The notes: a model not told the origin generated them from the letters alone. 61,444 bases of DNA from an uncultured Pseudomonadales bacterium (GCA_964455555.1 CAYVXV010000005.1:1-61444); one strand, 5' to 3'. Positions 36,209 through 46,048 are shown, counted from the first letter of the stretch. Numbers and translations are program-made.

Positions 36209-37870
36209 CTAGAGGTCCAAAAAAACTGCCACTACTATTGGTTCGCGCCGGATGATCTTGTAGAGACGGCGGGAAACCCGCCTCTCAATATTCTTAATTA
36301 GACTATCATCGTCCTTGGGCTGTTTTTTCTCGCTTATTATTTTTGCTGTTTCCTTTTTGATAAATTCAACCACCTCATCAGCCTCTCTCATAAAGACGAA
36401 ACCCTTGGAGACTACAGTCATACTGCGCAGATCAAATCCATTCTGGGTTCTGGGTATGACAATAGCCACTATGCCTGCCTGGCCCAGAGCCCTCCGGTCG
36501 GACAAGACTACCGGGCCGACATCACCAATACCCAACCCATCAACAATCTGAGGCTTCAGGCTGAGTACGTCTATTACGCTGTGCTGCCCACCTTCAAAAG
36601 AAATCACTGCACCATCCTCCGGCATCAACACTTCTTTTGCAGAATAGCCTAACTGCTTGGCAACTCTGAGTTTAAACAAATTGCGGTGCCGGTCTTGCCC
36701 GCCAATCGGCATGACAAACTTGGGCTTTAGCAATGAAATTAATTCCTGTTGCTCCGGTTCTGAAGCGTGTCCAGACTGATGAAGATCCGGCAGAATATCA
36801 GGGTAAACTACCTCAATATTGTTGCGTGACAACTCATCAATAGCTCCATAATAATTCAATTCGTTACCAGGAATCGCATTAGCCGAGAAGACCACTTTGT
36901 CCGCCGGCTTCACTTGCAAAATTGGGTGTTCTCCATAGATAGCTCGCATCAATGATGAGCCCTCCTGGCCTTGAGCTCCGGCAACGATCAGACAGAGCTT
37001 ATCTTCCGGAAAATCATCAATATCGCGCTTGTCAATCAATGTGCCTTTGGGGATATGCAGCATTTTTAGGTCAACAGCATTTTTCACATTTTGCTCAACA
37101 CTCCGGCCAATAAAGGCAACTTTTCTTTGATATTTCACTGCCGCATCAACTGCCTGCTGAATCCGGTGAATGTGCGAGCTCATCAGCGTGATGACAAACT
37201 TACCTCTGGTGTCTATCATGGTTTGCTCGATGGCTGCTCCTGTAGTTGACTCAGACTTAGTCCAATCGGAGCGCTCTACCCGCAAACAATCCACCATCAT
37301 GCAGAGGACATTTTCATGCTTAAGTTGAGCAATCCGCTCCAAGTCGGAACTTCGGCCATCCACCGGGGTGGGATCAAGCTTGAAGTCAGAACCGTGATAA
37401 ATCACACCCTCGGGAGTTCTAATCACTATGTGTTTAGTGTCAGGCACTGAGTGAGTAATATTAACCAACTCAACAGAAAAATTCTTGCTCAACCTGAGCT
37501 CTGAACCATCCTTAACTACCTGCACCGGCTGCTGCAGTTTAGCATCCTTCATTCTCTGCTCTGCAAATGCTGCTGTCAGAGGTGAACCATAGAGCGGAAA
37601 CTCGGGCAAGTTTGGCAGTATATACGGAGCTGCTGCAATGTGGTCATCATGACCGTGGGTAAACACCAAACCGACAATCCTGGCCCCCTCCGTCACCCGG
37701 TTGAGAAGATAGCTGATATCCGGAATGAGGATATCTACACCGGGCATGTATAAATCAGGAAAACCGATCCCGCAGTCTATGAGAAGTATTTCATCCTCGT
37801 ATTCGTAAACAAACATGTTCTGGGTTACTTTTCCCATTCCACCCAAAGCAATTAGTTTTAATTGTGACAT
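36209..37870 (-). CDS. rnj: Ribonuclease J
   Basis: Metallo-beta-lactamase HGHDDH motif, beta-CASP region, 553 aa. Confidence 0.85.
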   Translation of the reverse strand: MSQLKLIALGGMGKVTQNMFVYEYEDEILLIDCGIGFPDLYMPGVDILIPDISYLLNRVTEGARIVGLVFTHGHDDHIAAAPYILPNLPEFPLYGSPLTAAFAEQRMKDAKLQQPVQVVKDGSELRLSKNFSVELVNITHSVPDTKHIVIRTPEGVIYHGSDFKLDPTPVDGRSSDLERIAQLKHENVLCMMVDCLRVERSDWTKSESTTGAAIEQTMIDTRGKFVITLMSSHIHRIQQAVDAAVKYQRKVAFIGRSVEQNVKNAVDLKMLHIPKGTLIDKRDIDDFPEDKLCLIVAGAQGQEGSSLMRAIYGEHPILQVKPADKVVFSANAIPGNELNYYGAIDELSRNNIEVVYPDILPDLHQSGHASEPEQQELISLLKPKFVMPIGGQDRHRNLFKLRVAKQLGYSAKEVLMPEDGAVISFEGGQHSVIDVLSLKPQIVDGLGIGDVGPVVLSDRRALGQAGIVAIVIPRTQNGFDLRSMTVVSKGFVFMREADEVVEFIKKETAKIISEKKQPKDDDSLIKNIERRVSRRLYKIIRREPIVVAVFLDL

Positions 37871-37882
37871 TAGTCAATCTCC

Positions 37883-38674
37883 TTAATTTAGTATTTTTAT
37901 TTTCAAGAAACGCAGGGACTTGTGAATAGTATCAATCACTGTGTCAACAAATCTGGCTGGATATTTTTCAAAACTTACAAAAAATGCAGAGGCCACTAAG
38001 GTGCTGGACATGAAAAATATCAGCCAAAAAGGCCCATAAGCCAAGTGATAGGAAACGTCAGTAAAAAAGTATGCCAAAACATGAGTTAAAAAGAACACCC
38101 CATAACCCAGTTTCATCAGTTTATGGAACTTGACGCTTTTGGTCTCAAATAATCCGATTCCATAATAAAGGAACATGCCGACAACTATGCCAAAGCCTGA
38201 CAGGGCGTAAAGCAGCAAGCGGTCTTGATCAACAATTAGGGGTACAAATACGTTCGCCAAGGAAACAAAGGTCAAAACACCCATCGAGCCAAGAAAAACG
38301 ACAAAGTGGGAAAATTCCTGATGAAAATATTCTGAGTGGGCAAAAAGATCGTGCAGCGGGTCTCTGGTTTGTTTTATTTCAAAACTTTTGGTAAGCGAAT
38401 GTATCACTACAAATGCAAAGACGTAAAAAAGCCCTACACTTAGGACTGTATCGTAAACAAATAAACTGGTATTGGAGAGCCGCAAGCCCAACTCATCCCT
38501 GAGCAGATAATAAAAAAATGATTTAAGCCAAATAAAAAAGACTGGAGCCAAGACAAAAGAATAAACAAACTGGACAAAATCAAACTTAAGGATTTCTTTT
38601 TTTCCTTTGTGACTATCTAAAACTATGGCGCTGATAATGGTGAAAAGCGGGATGCTTAGCAAAACTATGTTCAT
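37883..38674 (-). CDS. Hypothetical polytopic membrane protein
   Basis: About 7 hydrophobic helices; no motif. Confidence 0.5.
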   Translation of the reverse strand: MNIVLLSIPLFTIISAIVLDSHKGKKEILKFDFVQFVYSFVLAPVFFIWLKSFFYYLLRDELGLRLSNTSLFVYDTVLSVGLFYVFAFVVIHSLTKSFEIKQTRDPLHDLFAHSEYFHQEFSHFVVFLGSMGVLTFVSLANVFVPLIVDQDRLLLYALSGFGIVVGMFLYYGIGLFETKSVKFHKLMKLGYGVFFLTHVLAYFFTDVSYHLAYGPFWLIFFMSSTLVASAFFVSFEKYPARFVDTVIDTIHKSLRFLKIKILN

Positions 38675-38718
38675 TGATCCTTATTATAACAGCCTCCCTC
38701 AGGGAGTGCTGGCATTAT

Positions 38719-39345
38719 CTATAGTAATGATTCTCTAATTTCCTGCTCAAGCCTGTGGTTTTCTTGGTTGTCTTTAATCCACTTAGCTGCTTTGGGAATT
38801 TTCTCGAAATCCTTAATGAAGGACTCGCGCACCTTAGTAGACCTTAGGCCCGCAGCCGGATGATACATGGGCAGGACAAACTGGAGCTTGCTATTCCATT
38901 TTACTTTGTGAAGCCGGCCATGAACCTGAGAGATCCTTACATCAGGCAGAAATTTTGCCATGCTAAAGCGCCCGAGTGTAACAATCAAAACTGGATTAAG
39001 GATGGCAATCTCTTTATCAAGGTATGGTTTATAGGCAGAAATTTCAGCAGGAGTCGGGTCGCGGTTTTCAGGCGGCCTGGCTTTGACAATATTGCTTATG
39101 TAAACATCCTGATCCGGTATACCTACTTCTCGCAGAGTTTTTCTGAATAACTGGCCAGACCGCCCAACAAAGGGGCGGCGTTGAACAACCTCATGGTATC
39201 CTGGTGCTTCTCCAATACAAAGCACCTCCGCAGTCTCCGGCCCCTCTCCGGGGACGATCTCGACAGTAGTATTTGCCAGGGGAAGACTTTTAATATTTGC
39301 TTCCAGGTCTAGGTAAAGTGCTTTTAGTGCATCTTTCTTATCCAT
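38719..39345 (-). CDS. Uracil-DNA glycosylase, family 4
   Basis: GEAPGYHE...PFVGRSGQLF motif A and a HPA motif near the C-terminus. Confidence 0.8.
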   Translation of the reverse strand: MDKKDALKALYLDLEANIKSLPLANTTVEIVPGEGPETAEVLCIGEAPGYHEVVQRRPFVGRSGQLFRKTLREVGIPDQDVYISNIVKARPPENRDPTPAEISAYKPYLDKEIAILNPVLIVTLGRFSMAKFLPDVRISQVHGRLHKVKWNSKLQFVLPMYHPAAGLRSTKVRESFIKDFEKIPKAAKWIKDNQENHRLEQEIRESLL

Positions 39346-39425
39346 ACCGGAATAGTATACGTAAAGTCAGGACACAACAAAAGCAGGACAAGTTTTTACA
39401 AGCACAAGTTGGATGGACTGCGAGA

Positions 39426-40484
39426 TTAATAGGTAGGCAAGAAGATTTTGCGGTTTTCCTGTGTAATAACAACCTGATTAAAATTTCGCTCAACTATTAT
39501 CCTGGCAGCCTTCCGCACTGCTCCTTCCAAAGTTCTCTGTAGAGTCCGGATACCGGCATCATAGCCAAGCGGACGGGTGACAATCGGCCAAACATCTTCC
39601 TTAATGATAAACTGCTCAGGCTTGAGGCCTGCTTTATGCAGCAATTCAGGCAGGACATATTCCTTGGCAATCACTATTTTTTCATCATCCGTATAAGAAG
39701 GCATAGTGATTTTTTCCACCCGGTCCAAAACGGCGGTGGCAATATCGGTTGTGTTGTTTGCGGTTGCCAAAAAAATGGCGTGTGAGAGATCCACAGGATA
39801 ATCTATGAAAGTGTCTCTGAAGGCATGGTTTTGTTTAGGGTCGAGCAGCTCAACCAAAACACCCATAATATCCCTGTTGGCTTCCTTAGCTATCCGGTCA
39901 ATTTCATCCAATAAAATTACAGGATTTCGCACACCCGCCTCACAAACACCTTTAATAACTCTGCCCGGCTCTGCACCAAGCCTCAAGCGGGAGTCGCCTC
40001 TCAACTCTCCGGCCAAACCCATGCCGCCAAAAGGAATCCTCACCAGCTTTCTGCCCAGCGCCTCAGCCAAAGAGTAAGCAAAGGTAGTTTTTCCTGTACC
40101 AACTAGGCCGACCAACAAGAGAATTGGCGCCCTAAATTCCTCTTCAGCAAACTGCTGCTGCCTGAGCTTGAGCACTGCAATGTATTCGAGAAACCTGTCT
40201 TTAACCTCGCCTAGGCCGTAATGATGTTTGTCAAATACTTCCTTTGCCCGTTCAATATCCAGGGTATCCTGGCTCAGGTTATCCCAGGGAACTTTTAATA
40301 CCCATTGAATATACTTGGAAACTTTTTCGTATTTTTCATCATAGTTGCCCAACGCCACACTGCGCTCCAAGGCAACAATGTCTTTCTCTATCTTGAGCCT
40401 CATTTCTTCAGGCATGGAAACTGAACCCGCCTGGTTTTTGAGTTCTTGAATTTCCTGCTGAAGCAACTCCTGATAATCAGACAT
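39426..40484 (-). CDS. Lon-type AAA+ ATPase module without LAN or S16 protease domains
   Basis: Colinear with the Lon central region by eye: YIQWVLKVPW, HYGLGEVKDRFLEYIAV, Walker A GLVGTGKT, GRKLVRIPFGG, Walker B ILLDEID, LLELLDP-like and LDRVE. The ORF ends right after the AAA lid. Confidence 0.7.
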   Translation of the reverse strand: MSDYQELLQQEIQELKNQAGSVSMPEEMRLKIEKDIVALERSVALGNYDEKYEKVSKYIQWVLKVPWDNLSQDTLDIERAKEVFDKHHYGLGEVKDRFLEYIAVLKLRQQQFAEEEFRAPILLLVGLVGTGKTTFAYSLAEALGRKLVRIPFGGMGLAGELRGDSRLRLGAEPGRVIKGVCEAGVRNPVILLDEIDRIAKEANRDIMGVLVELLDPKQNHAFRDTFIDYPVDLSHAIFLATANNTTDIATAVLDRVEKITMPSYTDDEKIVIAKEYVLPELLHKAGLKPEQFIIKEDVWPIVTRPLGYDAGIRTLQRTLEGAVRKAARIIVERNFNQVVITQENRKIFLPTY

Positions 40485-40511
40485 GCCTTAAACCTGCTCG
40501 AGAAAATAATT

Positions 40512-41021
40512 CTATTCTTGGCCGTTTTTAAAAATCACTCGGCTCGAGAATCCTGCAACCAGCATCAGTAAGCCGCCACCCAAGAAAAGGAAAGCATCGT
40601 TCGAGCCGGATTGGGGAAGGGTTTCCGGCAACTCTACTCCGCCGGCCTCTGTAGCCCCTTTGGTTGTAGTAGTAGCAACACCATCATCAATGGTCAAAAT
40701 AAACTGAATGTTTTCACTACCGGAAGTAATAGCTATCTGATAAGACCCTTCTTCAGTAATTGTAGTGGGCTGATAAGTCCAAACACCCGTTTCACCGGAG
40801 GTGGTGGATGACGGCGCTCCGGCAATGGTAATAGTTACTGTGCTTGAGGGTGTGGCTGTTCCTGTAAAAAGCGGATTTATGTCGGTATAAGTCCAAGAAG
40901 TAAAAGTCTGCCCAGTGGTATCGCTGGAACCGATACTGGTCAGCGTTAGAGTGGCAGCCTTAACCTGTTGGACGCCAAGGAACAAAAATACACCGAGTAA
41001 GATGGGCAGAAATCTTTTCAT
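40512..41021 (-). CDS. Surface protein with Ig-like domain and LPXTG-type sorting signal (LPQSG)
   Basis: Signal peptide and a Thr/Ser-rich beta-type domain. C-terminal LPQSG, then a hydrophobic helix and a basic tail. Confidence 0.6.
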   Translation of the reverse strand: MKRFLPILLGVFLFLGVQQVKAATLTLTSIGSSDTTGQTFTSWTYTDINPLFTGTATPSSTVTITIAGAPSSTTSGETGVWTYQPTTITEEGSYQIAITSGSENIQFILTIDDGVATTTTKGATEAGGVELPETLPQSGSNDAFLFLGGGLLMLVAGFSSRVIFKNGQE

Positions 41022-41023
41022 AA

Positions 41024-41944
41024 TTATTCAATCTCCATATGGTTTTTTCTTAATAAACCTGGTTTTGCTCCTACTTGCTTAATCACTGATTGGGCATTGC
41101 GGGTGCCCCAGCGGATAGCTGTTTGTGGGTCTTTACCATATAGTACAGCAGAAACATATCCGACTGCAAATGCATCACCCGCTCCGGTGTCGTCTACAGA
41201 TTCAGATCTCAGTGCTGAATAGGGCTGGCTCTCACCATTCAAAAGCAATTCGCCCCCCTTGTCACCATTGGTAACAAGGATTTGCGGAATGCGGCTGACC
41301 AACTCATTCTGCCTATCGGCTAAGACCTGCCACTCCTCCTTGTTCACGAATAAGATCTCCACGGGCAGTTCATTAACCGGAATTTCCCCGCTGGCCAATA
41401 ACTCAAGCTCAGCGTTGCCGGGATTCCAGGACAGCTTGCCGCTGCCCTCACCGACTGCTTCAAAAATTGTTTTAATAGTGCTTTTAACTCCGGCAATGCT
41501 TGAGAGGTGAACCCAAGGGATGTGGCCTAGTTTTTCGGTCGGGATATCATGGGGGTCAAGCATGGAGGCAGCACCACGGTGAACTAAAACTGTCCTGCTT
41601 CCGTCTTTGCTTACAAGAATTATTGAGCCGCCGGTTTGTTCTTTCCTCTCCTCGACCACCATACCAGTGCTGACATACTCTTTGTGATATTCCTCGATTA
41701 TTATTTGTGACCAAGCATCTTTGCCGGTCTCAGTAATCACACCGGCGTCAAAGCCCATGCGTGCGAAACCAACTGACGTATTACTGCCGCCACCGCCGGT
41801 GCGCAGGTTAAAATCATCAACCTCAATCTTGTCACCTAAAATCTGGCAGAGCAAAACCCCTTGGTTGCTCTGTTGGAGCGAAAACTCGCTGGAGTGGACA
41901 AAAATATCAATAAGTGATGAACCGATGCTAACAACATCAAGCAT
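41024..41944 (-). CDS. PfkB-family sugar/nucleoside kinase
   Basis: GGGGSN and DTGAGDAF motifs. The start was trimmed to MLDVVSIGS, which overlaps the stop of the upstream gene (ATGCTTGA). Confidence 0.75.
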   Translation of the reverse strand: MLDVVSIGSSLIDIFVHSSEFSLQQSNQGVLLCQILGDKIEVDDFNLRTGGGGSNTSVGFARMGFDAGVITETGKDAWSQIIIEEYHKEYVSTGMVVEERKEQTGGSIILVSKDGSRTVLVHRGAASMLDPHDIPTEKLGHIPWVHLSSIAGVKSTIKTIFEAVGEGSGKLSWNPGNAELELLASGEIPVNELPVEILFVNKEEWQVLADRQNELVSRIPQILVTNGDKGGELLLNGESQPYSALRSESVDDTGAGDAFAVGYVSAVLYGKDPQTAIRWGTRNAQSVIKQVGAKPGLLRKNHMEIE

Positions 41945-42590
41945 GGTAATGAGTCTCCTTGCCGTCAACCTGGCCGCCCTGCTGTTGGCGCTCAGAAAAT
42001 TGCTGTTCAAACTCGTTAAGTGCCTCCATCATTTCTGTTTCGTTGGTAACAATCTTGTAAACCAACTCCTCCTTGTCGCCGATAAAAAAGTGGTCTTTAA
42101 CAACTCTCATAAGCTTACGCCAAAAATCACCATACAAAATCAGTGGCTTGTGCTTGCCAAAGTAGAGATGAGCCATTAGCCAGGCTGTTGCCCACTCGCT
42201 CAGCGTACCGGTTCCGCCTTGAAAGCAAATAAAGGCATCGGCGTTATCTATCAAGCCGAACATCCGCTCAATGTAGTTAGCAGTTTTGATTTCAACATCT
42301 GCATTATTATCAAAGTACCTTCCTTCAAATTCTGGGGCATCTTTGGGGTAAAAGGTTACCACTAGGGTTTCGCCGCCTGCAGACTGAGCTCCTTTGGTAG
42401 CTGCATCCATGACACCGGGGCCGCCCCCATCAACAATCAACTTATCATGATAGGCTAAGGTCCGGGCCACATTAAAAACATCCCGGTAAAGCGGATGTTC
42501 CGGATCAACATCTGCACTGCCAAAAATAGCTATCCGCTTGATATGCGGGTCTGTTTGCGGTGAGGGTACTGGAATTTCAGTTTTGATCAT
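41937..42590 (-). CDS. LOG/TIGR00730-family nucleotide phosphoribohydrolase
   Basis: GGGPGVMDA and GGTGTLSEW motifs. The start ATG overlaps the stop of rpe (ATGA). Confidence 0.7.
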   Translation of the reverse strand: MIKTEIPVPSPQTDPHIKRIAIFGSADVDPEHPLYRDVFNVARTLAYHDKLIVDGGGPGVMDAATKGAQSAGGETLVVTFYPKDAPEFEGRYFDNNADVEIKTANYIERMFGLIDNADAFICFQGGTGTLSEWATAWLMAHLYFGKHKPLILYGDFWRKLMRVVKDHFFIGDKEELVYKIVTNETEMMEALNEFEQQFSERQQQGGQVDGKETHYHA

Positions 42591-43267
42591 GACACCTGTT
42601 CTTTCATTTTTTCTTGGTATTCTTGGAAACGGGCGGCAAAGTCTTCTGCCTGCCACAAGCCGCTGCCAACACTAATGCTGTCTGCACCCGCAGCCTGAAT
42701 AGCCGGAACATTGTCCAGCTTCACGCCGCCGTCAACAATTATTTCAACTAAATGGTCTTGGCTCTTGATGAATTCACGCGCTTGTTTAATTTTTTCTAAG
42801 ACTGCAAACGAAAACCCTTGATTTTGGTATCCGGTTTCACTCATTCCCATCAATTGCAACACCCGCAAATATTTCCAGCAGTCCTGGTCAATCTCGCTGA
42901 GCGGGGTATACAAACTCAGGGACAGTCCCGGCAGCCAATGCTGCTTGGCAACCTCTTCTACAAAGTGGTTTTGGGAACCCATACGCTCAACCTGGCCAAT
43001 AACTGCCCTGACCGGAAGCTCATTCCGGTATTCCATAGTTTCATAAACTGCATCAATCGGGTCGACTGTCATTAAATGCAAGTCTATCTGTTTGCCGGCG
43101 AAATCGAATTGGCCAAGGTCGGCCGGGCTGAGGGTAAGGCTGTCGGCAAAATAGCCATCGACAATGTCAAACTGAATAACTTCCACAGATGAAATTTGAG
43201 CAGCCAGAGCTAACTGCTCATCAATCTGTTCGGGGTCATCGCTTAAAATTGCCGGATAAATATTCAT
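42587..43267 (-). CDS. rpe: Ribulose-phosphate 3-epimerase-like TIM-barrel protein (divergent)
   Basis: IYPAILS, DIVDG, IDLHLM and VDGG in Rpe order. Confidence 0.6.
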   Translation of the reverse strand: MNIYPAILSDDPEQIDEQLALAAQISSVEVIQFDIVDGYFADSLTLSPADLGQFDFAGKQIDLHLMTVDPIDAVYETMEYRNELPVRAVIGQVERMGSQNHFVEEVAKQHWLPGLSLSLYTPLSEIDQDCWKYLRVLQLMGMSETGYQNQGFSFAVLEKIKQAREFIKSQDHLVEIIVDGGVKLDNVPAIQAAGADSISVGSGLWQAEDFAARFQEYQEKMKEQVS

Positions 43268-43288
43268 ATGATGTTTCTGAAATCCAGT

Positions 43289-43822
43289 TCAAGAAACCGG
43301 AGCCTGGATGCTGCGTTCATAAGTTGTAATTTGAGCCAACCTGCGCTGGTGGCGGCTTTCCCCTGAAAATGCAGTCGTCAAAAAAACCTTGATGATCTCC
43401 TTTGCCTGATCTTCACTTAGCCAGTCAGCTGCCAGCGAGCCGATATTGGCTTGGTTGTCGCTCCTGGCATGCTTGGCTGACTCAACGGATTCAAGTGAGA
43501 CAGCCCGAGCCCCAAGTGTTTTGTTGGCGGCTATCGTCATACCACCACTTGAGCGGCAGAACAGTAAACCCAAGGCAAGCGGCTGGTTCCCTGAGCCTGA
43601 TGCCAAGCCTGAGCCCACCCGCTCCATTTCAACCACCTTTTGAGCTACATCAAAAGCAAACTGGGGATAATCATCCTGCGGGTCCAGCGCCAAGGCACCA
43701 ACATCTTGTGTCTCATAGCCCCATTCCTTTAGCCAAAACTTTGCCTTTTCTTTTAACTCATAGCCACCGTGGTCAGCTCCTAAATAAACTACCGGTGATT
43801 GAAAAGTTGTTTGTGATTGCAT
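43289..43822 (-). CDS. rpiB: Ribose-5-phosphate isomerase B family protein
   Basis: LGADHGGYELKE at the N-terminus and a CRSSGGM-type active-site region. Confidence 0.75.
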   Translation of the reverse strand: MQSQTTFQSPVVYLGADHGGYELKEKAKFWLKEWGYETQDVGALALDPQDDYPQFAFDVAQKVVEMERVGSGLASGSGNQPLALGLLFCRSSGGMTIAANKTLGARAVSLESVESAKHARSDNQANIGSLAADWLSEDQAKEIIKVFLTTAFSGESRHQRRLAQITTYERSIQAPVS

Positions 43823-43824
43823 AG

Positions 43825-44163
43825 TTAAAACCCCAATTCAGCTTTGGCCTCCTCAGACATCATGTCCTGATGCCAAGGGGGATCAAAGGTCAGCTCCACT
43901 GTAACGTCTTTGGCAGGATCAATTCCTGCAAAATCAATAAAGGCGTCTTTAACCAGTGTATCAAAAACGCCTGCCAGTGGACAACCTGGAGTGGTCAAAG
44001 TCAACAATACATGAATGCGGGTCCTATTGCCTGTTTCTGCAGATATTTCTCTTACGGTCACATCATAAATTAATCCGAGGCTGACGATATCGATCATCAA
44101 CTCCGGATCCAAAACTTTCTTGAGAGCGTCGTAGGCTGCTTCTTCTGTGATTTTCATAGTCAA
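43825..44163 (-). CDS. DUF59/SufT-like Fe-S assembly protein
   Basis: VLDPELMIDIVSLGLIY and TTPGCP motifs. Confidence 0.75.
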   Translation of the reverse strand: MTMKITEEAAYDALKKVLDPELMIDIVSLGLIYDVTVREISAETGNRTRIHVLLTLTTPGCPLAGVFDTLVKDAFIDFAGIDPAKDVTVELTFDPPWHQDMMSEEAKAELGF

Positions 44164-44214
44164 AGCATTGTACCTTAGCAGCTTCAGTCACAAAAGCCGG
44201 CAAAGGAACACCAG

Positions 44215-44241
44215 CATGAAAAAACCCCTCTTTCGAGGGGT
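44215..44241 (-). terminator. Rho-independent terminator of 44265-44480
   Basis: ACCCCTC-GAAA-GAGGGGT followed by T6 on the minus strand. Confidence 0.7.
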
Positions 44242-44264
44242 TTCAACTTTTTCTTTAAAAAGAA

Positions 44265-44480
44265 TTATTTTCCTGATCTCTTTAGAACTGGCATGTTGGT
44301 GCGTTTGGTTTCCATGACTTCATAGCCAGCTGGAACTGCACCTAGTGAACCATCACGGATATCACGGGCAAAAAAGTAAATTCTTTGAACACGGCCGTTC
44401 TTCAGGGTAACCTCTTTGGTGTGGAGGTAGTAGGTTTGACCCTTAGCGTTTGTATATGAGAATGCTGATGCATCTGCCAT
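44265..44480 (-). CDS. Hypothetical small basic protein (71 aa)
   Basis: ORF with its own terminator; no motif named. Confidence 0.5.
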   Translation of the reverse strand: MADASAFSYTNAKGQTYYLHTKEVTLKNGRVQRIYFFARDIRDGSLGAVPAGYEVMETKRTNMPVLKRSGK

Positions 44481-44649
44481 ATTACTCCTTTTTCCTGGTA
44501 ATCCAGGTTATTAATATTACCTTCTACAAAAATTGCCGTTGTTTGAGTCCTAATATTGAACTAATACTATTAGCAATTTTTAGTACACTATATTAAGCTT
44601 ATCATACTCGAGGAAGACATCAAGATGCAAACCGAGTGTGATAATATTG

Positions 44650-45237
44650 TTAATCTTCAACCTCCTCGGTCAACTCATCAACTGCTTCAACCTCTTCAAC
44701 CTGATCAGCTTCCAACGTACCACGAAGCAGGACTGCTCCAGGCTGGCTGGTTCCTCCTCTGGTCACTAAGACTTCAACCGGAAGGTTGGATTGGGGAATT
44801 GAAGCCGTGCCGATAAAGCCGCCTTTCCTAGGGGTGAGCGTGAAGGCAAAGCGGACGTTGTCAGTATCAACTTCTCTTAAAAATACCTGGTAAGACTCAC
44901 CTGTCATCGGAAGAGTGGCTATAACGCTGAAGCGCACCCTGTCCTCGAGTGATTCATAGCGGATAACGCCATCTGCAAAAGCCGCTTCTTGAGCAGTGTC
45001 ACCTTCACCATCTTCATCGACTTCTGGTGCGGCTGGTTCAAGCTCAACAGTCCTCAGATTGGCAGTGCCGCCAAGCGTATCCTGAAGCTCTTCTTCGGAC
45101 AAATTTTCGATTTGAATGCCTTCACCAAACAAATCGTTTTGCAGCCTTTCTGACCGTTCGTTATACCAACGGAAAACTAGGAAGAACACCACACTGAGCA
45201 CTATCAGCGGGAGCAGATATGGAGAATATTTTTTCAT
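44650..45237 (-). CDS. Hypothetical membrane-anchored acidic protein
   Basis: N-terminal TM helix; no motif. Confidence 0.5.
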   Translation of the reverse strand: MKKYSPYLLPLIVLSVVFFLVFRWYNERSERLQNDLFGEGIQIENLSEEELQDTLGGTANLRTVELEPAAPEVDEDGEGDTAQEAAFADGVIRYESLEDRVRFSVIATLPMTGESYQVFLREVDTDNVRFAFTLTPRKGGFIGTASIPQSNLPVEVLVTRGGTSQPGAVLLRGTLEADQVEEVEAVDELTEEVED

Positions 45238-45264
45238 GTAGCCCCTTATACTCTAATACTATTG

Positions 45265-45930
45265 CTATTGCGTAGTATTTGAACCAGAGACGATCGATTC
45301 TACAGCGGTTAAAAGCTGTGGGGCAGGAACTACTCGACCATTAACGAAAAAGGTGGGGGTGCCTTGGAGACCAAGTCTCTGTGCAGCCAGTGAATCCTCT
45401 TGAACTTTTTCTTTTACCTGGTCACTTTCTATTTTCTCTATAAATGTACTTTTGTCAATCTGCAGCTGTTCAGCATATTCTGAAAACTTTTGATATAGTT
45501 CATCTCGGCTTCTAATATCTGACCATTCCTGCTGGCCGGCAAACAACAAGTCATGCATTTCCCAGAACTTGCCCTCTTCTGCAGCAACCTCCGTTGCAGC
45601 TGCAGCCGGGCGGGCATTTGGATGGATAGAATCAAGAGGAAAATGCCTATATGCCAACCTAACCTCATCAGGATACTGAGCTAAAACCCTTTCGACCATT
45701 GGTTGGGCAGCACGACAAGCCGGACATTGCAAGTCACTGAATTCAACTATAGTCACTAGGGCTGATTCGTCTGCTCCCTTAAAGTGGGTGCTTTCAGAAA
45801 CCAACTCACTTTCTGAATAGGTTTCACTGCTCAAAGGGCCGTCGCTGCTGTTGGAAAAGGCAAAAGCCAACACTACTACTAATATGATGGTGCCGACAAT
45901 TGTGCCGATTAAAAGTGGGAGGTTTTTCAT
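45265..45930 (-). CDS. DsbA-family thiol:disulfide oxidoreductase
   Basis: N-terminal TM segment, CPAC active site and a thioredoxin fold with a helical insert. Confidence 0.8.
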   Translation of the reverse strand: MKNLPLLIGTIVGTIILVVVLAFAFSNSSDGPLSSETYSESELVSESTHFKGADESALVTIVEFSDLQCPACRAAQPMVERVLAQYPDEVRLAYRHFPLDSIHPNARPAAAATEVAAEEGKFWEMHDLLFAGQQEWSDIRSRDELYQKFSEYAEQLQIDKSTFIEKIESDQVKEKVQEDSLAAQRLGLQGTPTFFVNGRVVPAPQLLTAVESIVSGSNTTQ

Positions 45931-46048
45931 GGTTTTAATAGTGTAGCATAGCTGGCTAACCGCGACAGAAATTGTCTGTTTAGATAGCTATTGTTTACTT
46001 TATATCATGTTAGATAGCTTTTTGTCTCATTCAGTTTTTTCAATTTCC

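Noticed and set aside
38691-38712. Hairpin CAGC-CTCCCT-C-AGGGAG-TGCTG after the UDG gene as an intrinsic terminator
   Set aside because: The near-zero loop size and lack of a clear U-tract on the transcribed (minus) strand make it weak. The downstream gene may be co-transcribed.
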